The notes beneath the pieces are model-generated. The model ran no database searches. It was not told the DNA's origin and saw only the letters and a list, made by a program, of their open reading frames with translations. A DNA stretch of 64,000 nt from the UHGV virus genome UHGV-1372088. One strand, written 5' to 3'. Shown here in pieces: positions 47,031 to 56,331 of this stretch (its first letter is position 1; each line of letters opens with the position of its first letter). This stretch comes from a virus. Made by a program: the position numbers and the translations under genes.

Positions 47031-49097
47031 ATGGCAACCGCGCAGCAAGTATCCATTTTCCGTGACGCAATTAAGAAAGTAACAACCATCCTTGCTGGTA
47101 AAGACTTGCCTGTCATTGAGCGTGGGCGAAAAGCCTATGTTCGATATCACAACGACGAGCCCGTCGAAATCTGCATCCCATCCATACCGGATGACGCAAG
47201 CGAGAAGTTCATGGAGGCGATTCGTGGATTTGTCGATCATGAAGTCGCGCACATACTTTTCACCGACAACAAGGCCATCACGGCAGCCACTGGCGGGAAG
47301 AAGATTAAGGCGTTTTTCATCCTGAATGCGGTAGAGGACGTCTTCATTGAAAAGAAGATGTCGAAGCTGTTTGCCGGTTCCAACGCCAACCTCATCGCCA
47401 CCCGTCGTCACGTCATTGAGGACGTTTTCACGCCTCGCTTACGCGATGCTCTGGCCCAGAGTGCAGATGAGGTCCAGCTGTTCCGTAACTTCTTCCTTGT
47501 GCCAGCGCTACGTTCGTGGGGCGGCCAGTTGGACTTCATCTCCTTCATGGAGGAGCACGGAAAGCATGTAGGCGAAGTCTGCGCTTTCCTTGAAGGCAAA
47601 GGTATTCGCGCTGATATTGAGAACCTGGATAAGAGTCTCGATTCGCTGGCGCTCGCCGGAAAAATCACCAAGTGGCTCAATGAGTTTTCGGATCTGAAAG
47701 AGAAAGACGAACCAGAAAAAGAGAAGTCCGAGGCGAAAGAAAAGCCTGAAGAATCGGAGGAAGAAGCCGAGGAAGATCAGCCAGACGAAGAAGTTGAAGA
47801 TGCTGATGAGGGCGACGAAGAGGTTGGCGAAGACGAAGACGAAGATGAATCCGAAGCCGAAGATGCTGACGAAGACGCTGACGAAGCCGAAGACGCTGAC
47901 GAAGCCGAAGAGGGTGACGAAGCCGAAGAGAGTGACGAAGCCGAAGAGAGTGACGAAGCCGAAGAGAGTGACGAAGCCGAAGACGCTGACGAAGCCGAAG
48001 AGGATGATCTGCCTTCTCTCATCGACGCTCTTATGAAAGCTGAAAGCAGCGATGGTGATGATCTGTCTATCGAAAAGGCGCTGAATGAAATCATGGGCAT
48101 TGAGGAAGTGATGTCCACTGAAGACAAAAGCTACCGCCCTTTTGAGCGCACTAGCGACTATATGGGGCCTCTGGAAGACGCAGACGCCTTTATGCGAAAA
48201 GTATTTGGAGACCCAGAGAACAGCCGTCTGTACGTGGCTCCATATGGCGTTGAAGGCTATAAAATTGAGGACGACGAGAGATGTCTTCGTACCTTTTCTC
48301 GGATCGGCAAAAAAATGGACGCAGGTGATGATACCGCAGCGGCGATAGCCAAAGACCTGGAACGCGCCATCGCATCCAAAAACAGGACCATGTTTATCCC
48401 CGGCCAAAAGAAAGGGAAGGTTCATGGGCCGAGTCTGTATCGCCTCAACATGAATGATGACCGCGTGTTCCGCCAGAAGGACGAGAAGCGAGCGGTTAAT
48501 GCGTGTGTGCAGCTGGCGATCGATATGTCGGGCTCAATGTCGGGCGAGCGCATCCATATGGCGGCAATGGCAGCATATACGATGGCAAAGGCGCTGGATG
48601 CCATCAAGGTTCCTTGCATCGTTACTGGCTTCACCACTGGCACAATGCCAAGAGGGAGTTGGCATAACGAGTCCACCAGCAGACCCTTCACACGATTTGA
48701 ATCGCTTTTCCTTCCTATCCTGAAAGGATGGAATCGCAAGGCAGACTCTCTGGAAACTCGTCGTAATTTGGGCCACGTTATGAAAGGCGTACCACTGCTC
48801 AACAATGTCGACGGTGAAAGCATTCGCTCTCTTTCGCGTCACTTCAATGATCGCAAAGAGGACCGCAAGATAATGATTGTGCTCAGCGACGGTGAACCAC
48901 ATGCAGTTGGTCGCGGATTCGCCAACGACTTGAGGAAAGCGGTTGGCGACATTGAGCAAACTGGCATCGACCTGTATGGCGTGGGCATCCAGACCACTGC
49001 ACCAAAAAGGTTCTACACAAAGTCGGTCGTTATCCACAATCTGCCAGACCTTGGCAAAGAATTAATCAGACTGATTGCGGGATCTCTGATCGAGTAA
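47031..49097 (+). CDS. CobT-like protein: N-terminal domain, 110-aa poly-acidic tract, C-terminal vWA domain
   Basis: 688 aa; aa 215-330 almost entirely D/E/A/S with tandem DEAEES repeats; C-terminal MIDAS motif DMSGSMSGER; paired with downstream AAA+ gene. Confidence 0.65.
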   Translation: MATAQQVSIFRDAIKKVTTILAGKDLPVIERGRKAYVRYHNDEPVEICIPSIPDDASEKFMEAIRGFVDHEVAHILFTDNKAITAATGGKKIKAFFILNAVEDVFIEKKMSKLFAGSNANLIATRRHVIEDVFTPRLRDALAQSADEVQLFRNFFLVPALRSWGGQLDFISFMEEHGKHVGEVCAFLEGKGIRADIENLDKSLDSLALAGKITKWLNEFSDLKEKDEPEKEKSEAKEKPEESEEEAEEDQPDEEVEDADEGDEEVGEDEDEDESEAEDADEDADEAEDADEAEEGDEAEESDEAEESDEAEESDEAEDADEAEEDDLPSLIDALMKAESSDGDDLSIEKALNEIMGIEEVMSTEDKSYRPFERTSDYMGPLEDADAFMRKVFGDPENSRLYVAPYGVEGYKIEDDERCLRTFSRIGKKMDAGDDTAAAIAKDLERAIASKNRTMFIPGQKKGKVHGPSLYRLNMNDDRVFRQKDEKRAVNACVQLAIDMSGSMSGERIHMAAMAAYTMAKALDAIKVPCIVTGFTTGTMPRGSWHNESTSRPFTRFESLFLPILKGWNRKADSLETRRNLGHVMKGVPLLNNVDGESIRSLSRHFNDRKEDRKIMIVLSDGEPHAVGRGFANDLRKAVGDIEQTGIDLYGVGIQTTAPKRFYTKSVVIHNLPDLGKELIRLIAGSLIE

Positions 49098-49207
49098 CGT
49101 TCTTTTTTCCAACCTAAAAATATGTATGTACTTACTTGCTTACCTATATCGAGTAAGTACAATTCATATAACTAAACGACATTACTCAAATAACGACGGA
49201 GATACGC

Positions 49208-50437
49208 ATGGATCAGGTTAAAGAAGTTGCTGCGGAAAACGAAGGTTCTGAGTGCATTCAGTGCTCGTGGTGTGGCGAGTATAGCCACCACATAGGCCAG
49301 CATCTTCTTAAAGGTCGCTGCAACAACATTCCTGCGGAGCTCGTTGGTCTGGAGCCAGCCGAACTGTTCAAAAAGTACAAGGCGATGCATCCAGACGCCC
49401 CAACCATGAGCCAGCTGGCGGCGGCGAAGATCCGCGAAGCATACAAGAAGGCAGATGGGAAAGTGTCGGCGAAGGATGAGGTTGTCAGCTACGCCATTGC
49501 CGAATTTAAAACAGAGCTAGTGCCAGCTCACGGGGTGTTTGGGTTAAAGCTGTCGGCACTCTCTCGCAGCAATGGCGAGCCGCTGATGGTCAACGTAAAC
49601 GTCAATACGCCGTTCCCAGAACTGGTCCCGGAGATCCGCGAGGACTATGTCTTCGGTGATGTCGAGTTGCTGAAAGATGTCCTGATGATGCTGGAAACCG
49701 GTATCCCAGGCTACATCTTCGGCCACGCTGGTACTGGCAAAAGCACAATTATTTCGCAGGTTTGCGCTCGCCTTAATCGTCCGATGATCCGCGCCCAACA
49801 TACAGCGTCGACTGAAGAGTCGCAAATCGTCGGCCAGATTCTGGCGAAAAACGGCAGCACTTACTTCGAGCCTGGTCTTCTGTCTCTGGCTATGCGCTTA
49901 GGTTGGGTTTATCTGGCGGATGAGTACGACTTTGCCTACCCACAAATCCTCGGAATCTATCAGCCGGTTCTTGAAGGCGAGGCGCTGACGTTGAAAGAGG
50001 CCACTCCAGAGTGGAGAACCGTTAAACCACACGCCAAGTTCGCTTTCATCGGTACTGGTAACACCAACGGATCAGGCGATGAAACCGGTCTGTATCAAGG
50101 TACGAACATTCAGAACGCCGCCAACTTCTCACGCTTTGGCATCGTGGCTGAATCCCAATACATGAAGGCGGCGCAGGAAATCGACATGCTGGTCAATATC
50201 GGCGTCGACTTCGATTCGGCTAAGAATCTGGTGAAGTTCGCGACGGAAGTTCGCTCCGCTTACATCTCAGGAAAGGTGTCGCAGCCAATCGGTCCGCGTG
50301 AGCTGAAGCTGGCAGCCATCGTCGGTCTGGCACGAGGCAATCTCTCTCTTGGCATCAACAAGGCATACGCCAACAAGATGCCGTCCGTCAGCGCCCAGGT
50401 CGTCCGTGAAATAGCCCAGCGCATCTTCGGTGTCTAA
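49208..50437 (+). CDS. CobS/MoxR-like AAA+ ATPase with N-terminal Cys4 zinc-ribbon
   Basis: 409 aa; Walker A GHAGTGKST, Walker B/sensor region LADEYDF; N-terminal CIQCSWCGEY...C. Confidence 0.7.
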   Translation: MDQVKEVAAENEGSECIQCSWCGEYSHHIGQHLLKGRCNNIPAELVGLEPAELFKKYKAMHPDAPTMSQLAAAKIREAYKKADGKVSAKDEVVSYAIAEFKTELVPAHGVFGLKLSALSRSNGEPLMVNVNVNTPFPELVPEIREDYVFGDVELLKDVLMMLETGIPGYIFGHAGTGKSTIISQVCARLNRPMIRAQHTASTEESQIVGQILAKNGSTYFEPGLLSLAMRLGWVYLADEYDFAYPQILGIYQPVLEGEALTLKEATPEWRTVKPHAKFAFIGTGNTNGSGDETGLYQGTNIQNAANFSRFGIVAESQYMKAAQEIDMLVNIGVDFDSAKNLVKFATEVRSAYISGKVSQPIGPRELKLAAIVGLARGNLSLGINKAYANKMPSVSAQVVREIAQRIFGV

Positions 50438-50440
50438 TCC

Positions 50441-50632
50441 ATGAATAAAGGCTGCTTCGGATCATACGTCGTGGCGTCTGAAGTGAATGAGGTTTGTCTG
50501 GCTTGCCCAGACAAGCCTCTTTGCCACGAAAAGGTAAAAGAGACGCTGAAAGAACATTTCGGGGATGTTGAAGGCTTCCCCATCGACAACATAGGAAAGC
50601 GCAGAAAAAGCGCTAAGGCTAAAAACACATGA
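50441..50632 (+). CDS. small Cys-rich protein
   Basis: 63 aa with C..C..C..C spacing (CLACPDKPLC). Confidence 0.3.
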   Translation: MNKGCFGSYVVASEVNEVCLACPDKPLCHEKVKETLKEHFGDVEGFPIDNIGKRRKSAKAKNT

Positions 50633-52998
50633 AAACTTTACTCATTCGCACCGACTTTTCTTTGGGCGAATCGTCTCTTAAGGCGAACAGAGCGCCCATC
50701 GTTGCAGCGGAGAAAGGTTACACCTCGATCATTGTCGCAGATACCAACAATATCGCAGCCATTATCCCGGCCCAGCAGAATGCGCCTGAAGGATTCGATG
50801 TGATCGCCGGCGTTCGGGTGCTACTCGTTGACGACGTGGAGTATGAGCATCGCTTACGTGAAGAAGGGATCGCCAAGAAGGATGCGCCAGCGCCAGTGAG
50901 AAAGCGGATGTATAGCTTTACCATTCTCGTGAAGAACGACGCAGGGTATGGCGATGTGTGCGAGCTACTGACTATCGCCAATATGCGCGAAAACTTTTAT
51001 ATGGTTCCTCGACTGTCTATCGACCATTTGGCCGCCATCTATGCTCGCGGCAATGTGATCATCATGAACAGCGATCGCGACAGTGTTTTCCACCGCGACG
51101 ACTTCGTTAAAATCATTTCTGCGTTGGTCCGTTCCGGCGGCGCAGAGAACTTCTACAGCGTCGTTTACCCGATCTCCACTCCATTGTATGACCAACTCAA
51201 TTCACGCGCTCTGAAGGTCGCACAAGCGCTTAAATTGAATCCTGTGGCCATGTACCCCGCTTACTACGAAAGTGAGGAAGATGCTGACCTGAAAGACGTC
51301 GCGCACCTCGTCATCAACAACATCAAACTCGATCAGGATTATCGCTTCCGCTTCCCGTATCAGCGCGACAACGGCATTCAGGATCGCAAGCATTTACTGA
51401 CCCGGCTGAAAGAGTTTTCTATCCGCATGGGCGTACCGGTTCATCCTGATATGGTCACGGTCAATCAGGACAAAATGACGGAAGCATGTGCGTGGCGGTG
51501 GAAGCCAATGCCAGTCACGCTGCCAAAGCTGGCAGACAACGAGGCGAAAGCGCTGACGGAGCTGGCCATCGCCGGCTTGCGTAAGCGTTTAACGACAATC
51601 CAGTTTGGCTACAAGCCGAATACAAAAGACTTCGGCATATACACCGCTCGCCTGAAGTACGAACTGGAAACGCTTATCAAGTTGGGTTTCTGCGGTTACT
51701 TCCTGATGGTGGAGAATCTGATCAGCTGGGCGCGGAGTAACGACATTCCGACCGGCCCAGGTCGTGGTTCTGCGGCGGGTTCGTTGGTGGCGTGGGCCAT
51801 TGGTATTACTAACATCGATCCGATTCGCCACGGCTTGCTGTTTGAGCGATTCATCAACCCAGAGCGTCTCGACTTACCGGACGTCGATGCCGACTTCAGT
51901 CAGGTCCATCGCCCACGAGTTCTGGAGTATCTGGAATCCCATTACGGCGAAGAGTATGTGGCCGGCATCCCCAACTTCACCTATCTGGGGATGGCGTCGG
52001 CATTGCGCGATACAGGTCGTATCTTTGGCGTCAGCGCGGATGATTTGGCGGTATCGAAGCAACTCAAGCCGTTTGACGACGAAGGTCTGTCTCTGGAAGA
52101 AGCCAGGGAAGAGTTGTCGGCGCTCGACAAGTATGCAAAAGCGAATCCGAAGGCGTTCGAGTCCGCGACCAAAATTCAGTCATTGATGCGTGGGTTTGGT
52201 AAACACGCAGCGGGTGTGATCGTGTCTGGCGTTCCACTGACAGAAAGGACTCCCGTCGAAAGACGTGGTGATTCGCGCTGTATCGCGTTTGACAAGCGTT
52301 ACTGCGAGGCAATGGGTCTTATCAAGCTGGACGTGTTGGGACTGGCTACGCTCGATTTGCTGGCTTTATCACGCCAGTACGTCAAAGAGCAGACAGGTCT
52401 GGAAGTGGACCTCGATGCAATCCCACTGGACGACAAGAAGGTGCTTGGGGAGATGGCGGAAGGTCACACCATTGGAATCTTCCAGTTGGACGGCGGAACC
52501 ATGCGCAAATTGCTGAAGAGCATTGGCGGCGGCATCGAACCATTAACCTTCGAATCTACCGTCGCAGTAACCGCACTCCATCGACCTGGCCCAATGCAAT
52601 CTGGCATGGAAGACACTTACGTCAAGGTGGCGATCGGTTATCAAAACCCAGAGTCGATTCACCCCATGATTGACCACGTTACGGAAAGCACAAACGGCGT
52701 ACTGGTTTACCAGGAGCAGATCATGAAGTCCGCGCAGATTCTGGCCGGATTCACGTTCGCGGAGGCGGACAACATCAGGAAAGCGATTGGCAAAAAGGAC
52801 GTCGAGAAGATGCACAAAATCGGTGGCGAGTTCGTGCAACGCGCGACTGAAGGGTGGATTGAGGTCGAGATGGACGACGGATCGGTTGTCCAGGTTCAGA
52901 AGACGTCGATGCATATGTGTTCCGACGGCAAGCGTCGGACCATTTACCAGGCCATTGACGAAGATGCCGATATTATGATGTTGGACGCCGCGCATTAA
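50629..52998 (+). CDS. dnaE: DNA polymerase III alpha (DnaE-type), N-terminal fragment (PHP + palm/fingers)
   Basis: 789 aa; N-terminal PHP-like start; GYFLMVENLISWARSNDIPTGPGRGSAAGSLVAWAIGITNIDP...FERFINPERLDLPDVDADF aligns with E. coli DnaE catalytic core; ends with 47-aa insertion relative to DnaE. Confidence 0.8.
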   Translation: MKTLLIRTDFSLGESSLKANRAPIVAAEKGYTSIIVADTNNIAAIIPAQQNAPEGFDVIAGVRVLLVDDVEYEHRLREEGIAKKDAPAPVRKRMYSFTILVKNDAGYGDVCELLTIANMRENFYMVPRLSIDHLAAIYARGNVIIMNSDRDSVFHRDDFVKIISALVRSGGAENFYSVVYPISTPLYDQLNSRALKVAQALKLNPVAMYPAYYESEEDADLKDVAHLVINNIKLDQDYRFRFPYQRDNGIQDRKHLLTRLKEFSIRMGVPVHPDMVTVNQDKMTEACAWRWKPMPVTLPKLADNEAKALTELAIAGLRKRLTTIQFGYKPNTKDFGIYTARLKYELETLIKLGFCGYFLMVENLISWARSNDIPTGPGRGSAAGSLVAWAIGITNIDPIRHGLLFERFINPERLDLPDVDADFSQVHRPRVLEYLESHYGEEYVAGIPNFTYLGMASALRDTGRIFGVSADDLAVSKQLKPFDDEGLSLEEAREELSALDKYAKANPKAFESATKIQSLMRGFGKHAAGVIVSGVPLTERTPVERRGDSRCIAFDKRYCEAMGLIKLDVLGLATLDLLALSRQYVKEQTGLEVDLDAIPLDDKKVLGEMAEGHTIGIFQLDGGTMRKLLKSIGGGIEPLTFESTVAVTALHRPGPMQSGMEDTYVKVAIGYQNPESIHPMIDHVTESTNGVLVYQEQIMKSAQILAGFTFAEADNIRKAIGKKDVEKMHKIGGEFVQRATEGWIEVEMDDGSVVQVQKTSMHMCSDGKRRTIYQAIDEDADIMMLDAAH

Positions 52999-53082
52999 AC
53001 AATACAATAAGTAAAGCTGTAAACAATGTAATTAGTAGCGCAGTAAACAAGGTGTTTGCTGCGTCACATGGAGAAAATACAC

Positions 53083-54252
53083 ATGAAAGTCGCAAAAATA
53101 GTGTCCGAAAGACCGGGCTTGTCAGAAGAGAAGGCCAAAGAGATCTGGGACGCATTCGAGAAGTTCGGCGGCTATGGGTTTAACAAATCTCACTCCGCCG
53201 CCTATGCCACCATCTCCTACCAAAGCATGTACATGAAGGTACACCATCCGGCAGAGTTCTTTGCGGCCGCGCTATCCATTCTCGGCGAAGACAAACACCA
53301 GGCGATAGTGAAGGACGCGGCAACTTATGGCGTTCGCGTCATGCCGCCGGACGTCAACATTTCAAGCGGACGCATCGAAATCGGAAAGCTGCCTTCTGGC
53401 CAGATAGCGTTATTCGCCCCCTTCTCTTCCGTTAAAGGTTGCTCGGACAACGGATGCGCTGCCATCGTGAATGCGCGGCAGAAGGTCGGTGGGAAGTTCG
53501 AAACCTATGAGCAGTTTGAGATGGCCGTGGAGAAACGAGCCTGTAATGCTCGCATACGTGAAGGACTGATGCGCGTCGGGGCGTTCGCTTCCATTCAGCC
53601 AGGCACATTGCCGGCAGACGCTGAAGACCGCAAGAAGGATCAGGCGGAGTTGATGGGTAGTCTCTTTACCGGCACCGTGAAGATCGGTCGCGTGTTCGAG
53701 TCGACGCCACGGAAGACGGCGGAGCTGTCCGTTCTGATGGAAGAGATGCGCAGCAAGCTGGGCCTGGGCGAGAGTATGGTGACGCCATACATCGGCCTGA
53801 AGCCAAAGGTCATGATCATCCTGAACAACGCCAATGGCAGTGATGCCAAGAGCGGCATATTCATGAATAAGGGGTATGAGGACTTCAAGGGGCGCATTGC
53901 CAACACTCTGGGTCTCCGTATGGGCGATCTTTACGTCACTGGCGTCATGAAGCGAGCAAAGGGGAAGGATGAGCAGTACACCAAGGATGAAGAGGAAGTG
54001 TTTATCGAAGGTATGCGTCGTGAAATCGAGATCATGAACCCAACATACATCCTTGCGTGTGGAGCTTACGCTTCAAGGCTGTTTAACGAGAAGGACAAGA
54101 TGGGTGATTTGACTGGTCGCAAAGAGTATTTCGCGGACAAAGACTTCACCGTCTTCCATGCTTTCACACCGGGCGTCCTTCACTTCCGCCCGGAGGAAGG
54201 TGAAAAGCTGGATGAAATTTTGAAAGATCTCTGCGACGCGATTGAAGGCTAA
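53083..54252 (+). CDS. dnaE: DNA polymerase III alpha (DnaE-type), C-terminal fragment
   Basis: FEKFGGYGFNKSHSAAYATISYQSMYMKVHHPAEFFAAA matches DnaE ...EKFAGYGFNKSHSAAYA...HYPAEF; separated from N-fragment by TAA + 84 nt containing a promoter-like motif. Confidence 0.75.
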   Translation: MKVAKIVSERPGLSEEKAKEIWDAFEKFGGYGFNKSHSAAYATISYQSMYMKVHHPAEFFAAALSILGEDKHQAIVKDAATYGVRVMPPDVNISSGRIEIGKLPSGQIALFAPFSSVKGCSDNGCAAIVNARQKVGGKFETYEQFEMAVEKRACNARIREGLMRVGAFASIQPGTLPADAEDRKKDQAELMGSLFTGTVKIGRVFESTPRKTAELSVLMEEMRSKLGLGESMVTPYIGLKPKVMIILNNANGSDAKSGIFMNKGYEDFKGRIANTLGLRMGDLYVTGVMKRAKGKDEQYTKDEEEVFIEGMRREIEIMNPTYILACGAYASRLFNEKDKMGDLTGRKEYFADKDFTVFHAFTPGVLHFRPEEGEKLDEILKDLCDAIEG

Positions 54253-54364
54253 CGCAACTACCAAAATCCGCCTTAATTCAGCGCTTTACCCCCTTCCCCA
54301 CTGAGATAAAATCTACCAAACAACGAAACTACTTGTTTGGTAGATAACTCGTAAGGCAGTCAAA

Positions 54365-54670
54365 ATGAAAAAAACTCTGGTCGGTTTATTGCTTCTGGTT
54401 CCAGCGGCCGCGTTCGCTGAATGCACCACCGTGGGTGAATACACATCTTGCATGTACATCGACGGCAACCATGTTCGCCAGGTGACAACCGGACCTGGCG
54501 GCCAGCGTATCGAGCAAAATACGCGACTCAATTCTGACGGCAGCATCGACGGCTACACGACGGGCGACTTGGGTGATCACACCACCTCTATCCGCCGGCT
54601 TCCTGATGGCAACACCATGATCAAGACTGACGGCAAAACGCAGATCTGCAACGAGCTTAAATGCTACTGA
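54365..54670 (+). CDS. secreted small Cys-containing protein (moron candidate)
   Basis: Signal peptide MKKTLVGLLLLVPAAAFA; 4 Cys in mature part; own terminator (54677-54698). Confidence 0.55.
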   Translation: MKKTLVGLLLLVPAAAFAECTTVGEYTSCMYIDGNHVRQVTTGPGGQRIEQNTRLNSDGSIDGYTTGDLGDHTTSIRRLPDGNTMIKTDGKTQICNELKCY

Positions 54671-54676
54671 CCACAA

Positions 54677-54698
54677 GGGGTGAAAGCCCCTTTTTTTT
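54677..54698 (+). terminator. rho-independent terminator
   Basis: GGGGTGAAAGCCCC + T8. Confidence 0.7.
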
Positions 54699-54739
54699 GC
54701 GATAACATATATGTACACACTTACATATACAGACAGCAC

Positions 54740-55174
54740 ATGAACAAATCTCTCATTGAACAAATCCTGGAAGACCTCAACTTCGACAAAAACAATCTCG
54801 ATGAGGTTTGGCGCGAACAACCACGCCTTCTGATGCAGTACGGATACAAGCTGGCCGAAGCAGAGCGATCGATGGCCGACGCCAAGCGAAAGCTGGACGT
54901 CACGGAGGCGAGAATCTATCGAGAAGCCCGTTCAAAGCTGGGTTTTGACGGCGTCAGGATCAGCGAAAGCACACTGGACTCTCGCGTAAAAAGCGACCCC
55001 TCCTACGTCACCGCTCGCGCTCTCTATGACGACAGCAAGTATCAGGTGGATGTTTATAAGCAGGCTGTATCAGCGTTTTCTCACCGCAGAGACATGATCG
55101 TCCAGGCGTCAAAGGCATTCATCATCGAGATGGAAAGGTTGGGCGATGGGCGTTTTTCTGGCCCCCGCAGTTAA
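54740..55174 (+). CDS. hypothetical protein
   Basis: 144-aa ORF after promoter-like motif. Confidence 0.45.
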   Translation: MNKSLIEQILEDLNFDKNNLDEVWREQPRLLMQYGYKLAEAERSMADAKRKLDVTEARIYREARSKLGFDGVRISESTLDSRVKSDPSYVTARALYDDSKYQVDVYKQAVSAFSHRRDMIVQASKAFIIEMERLGDGRFSGPRS

Positions 55175-55307
55175 TCCTTCTTCCCGCATTTTGTATCTTG
55201 CTTATATGCAAATACATAACTAATATAGCTGTGTCGAATACGACCAGAACGCCACTAACGCTAATGCGCAGCCGGCCATATAAAAAAAGAAAATCGAGGA
55301 TTTACAC

Positions 55308-56270
55308 ATGTCAGTTCAAGCACTGTTACGCCGCAGTAAGAAGGCTCTCGAAGAGGCACGTCCTAGTCGTGGGCAGGATTTGGAGAAGCTGAAAGCAGGT
55401 GAAAACTATCTGCGAATCTTCCCGAACAAAGCGGACCCGGAGAACGGCGACTTCTTCCACCCATACGGTTTGCACTATGCCAAGCAAACTGGACCGGATG
55501 GCAAAATTCAATATTCGGCGGTCCTGTGTCAGCACCATACCCACAACAAACATTGCGCCATCTGCGACATGGTTGAAGAGGCAAAAATCTACCATCGCGG
55601 CAACGAAGCGATGAAAGATATGATCAACGATGTGCGAGCCGGTTTGCGCTATGTCGTTATGGGTATGCTGTCGAACAATGAAAACTTCTCTGGCTGCGAA
55701 GGTCCGAAACTTATCGACCTGCCTCAGACGGTATTGGATGACATCATTGCTCTGATGGAACAGGACTACGAAGACGAAGTCGGTGAGCCACTGAGTCGTG
55801 AGCGTGGTTTTGCATATCTGATCAAGCGTACCGGCACCGGTCGCGACACCAAGTATGAAATTACGCCTAAACGTAAACTGAAGTCTCCGATCACCCAGGC
55901 TCAGCTTGACGCACAGCCTAACTATCTGGATTTCGTGAACCAGAACGATTCAGCGAAAATTCCGCTGACTACCCGCATGGTATCCGCAACTCTGGGTATC
56001 GCTCCACCAGCAGGTTTAGCGGACAGTGCCGGCGCTCTGCCAGGTATGTCCGTTGGCGCACTGCCGGGCATGTCCGAAGGCTCAACCTATCTTCCGAAAG
56101 AAGAGCCGGTTGGCAAAGGCATTGATAACGAAATCCTGAACGAAGAGCTGGAACGCGCTGAAGAGGCGGTCTATGAAGAAGTGAAGGAGTCGAAGGCAGC
56201 TGAAGCAGCTCCGGCGCAGGAAGACAGTTTCGAAGATGAGTTAGCGGCACTCGCTGCGCTCGGAATGTAA
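55308..56270 (+). CDS. T4 gp32-like single-stranded DNA-binding protein
   Basis: KLKAGENYLRIFPNKADPENGDFF vs gp32 [26 protein letters not shown]; His/Cys cluster HHTHNKHCAICD at the position of the gp32 zinc site; acidic C-terminal tail. Confidence 0.55.
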   Translation: MSVQALLRRSKKALEEARPSRGQDLEKLKAGENYLRIFPNKADPENGDFFHPYGLHYAKQTGPDGKIQYSAVLCQHHTHNKHCAICDMVEEAKIYHRGNEAMKDMINDVRAGLRYVVMGMLSNNENFSGCEGPKLIDLPQTVLDDIIALMEQDYEDEVGEPLSRERGFAYLIKRTGTGRDTKYEITPKRKLKSPITQAQLDAQPNYLDFVNQNDSAKIPLTTRMVSATLGIAPPAGLADSAGALPGMSVGALPGMSEGSTYLPKEEPVGKGIDNEILNEELERAEEAVYEEVKESKAAEAAPAQEDSFEDELAALAALGM

Positions 56271-56331
56271 CCCACCATTCCTGCAACTAACGGGCGTCTA
56301 CGGACGCTCGTTTCATTTGGAGAGCAAGCCT

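Noticed and set aside
47794-48036. 80-aa + strand ORF encoding KPKRVTKPK repeats, and the minus-strand poly-Ser ORF 47777..48127
   Set aside because: Both are alternative readings of the tandem 18-bp acidic-tract repeat inside the CobT-like gene
52900-53090. Possible intein at the DnaE split
   Set aside because: The extra segment is only about 47 aa and lacks intein block motifs and a plausible Hint domain length (above 130 aa); treated as a split gene near an intein insertion hotspot, not an intein
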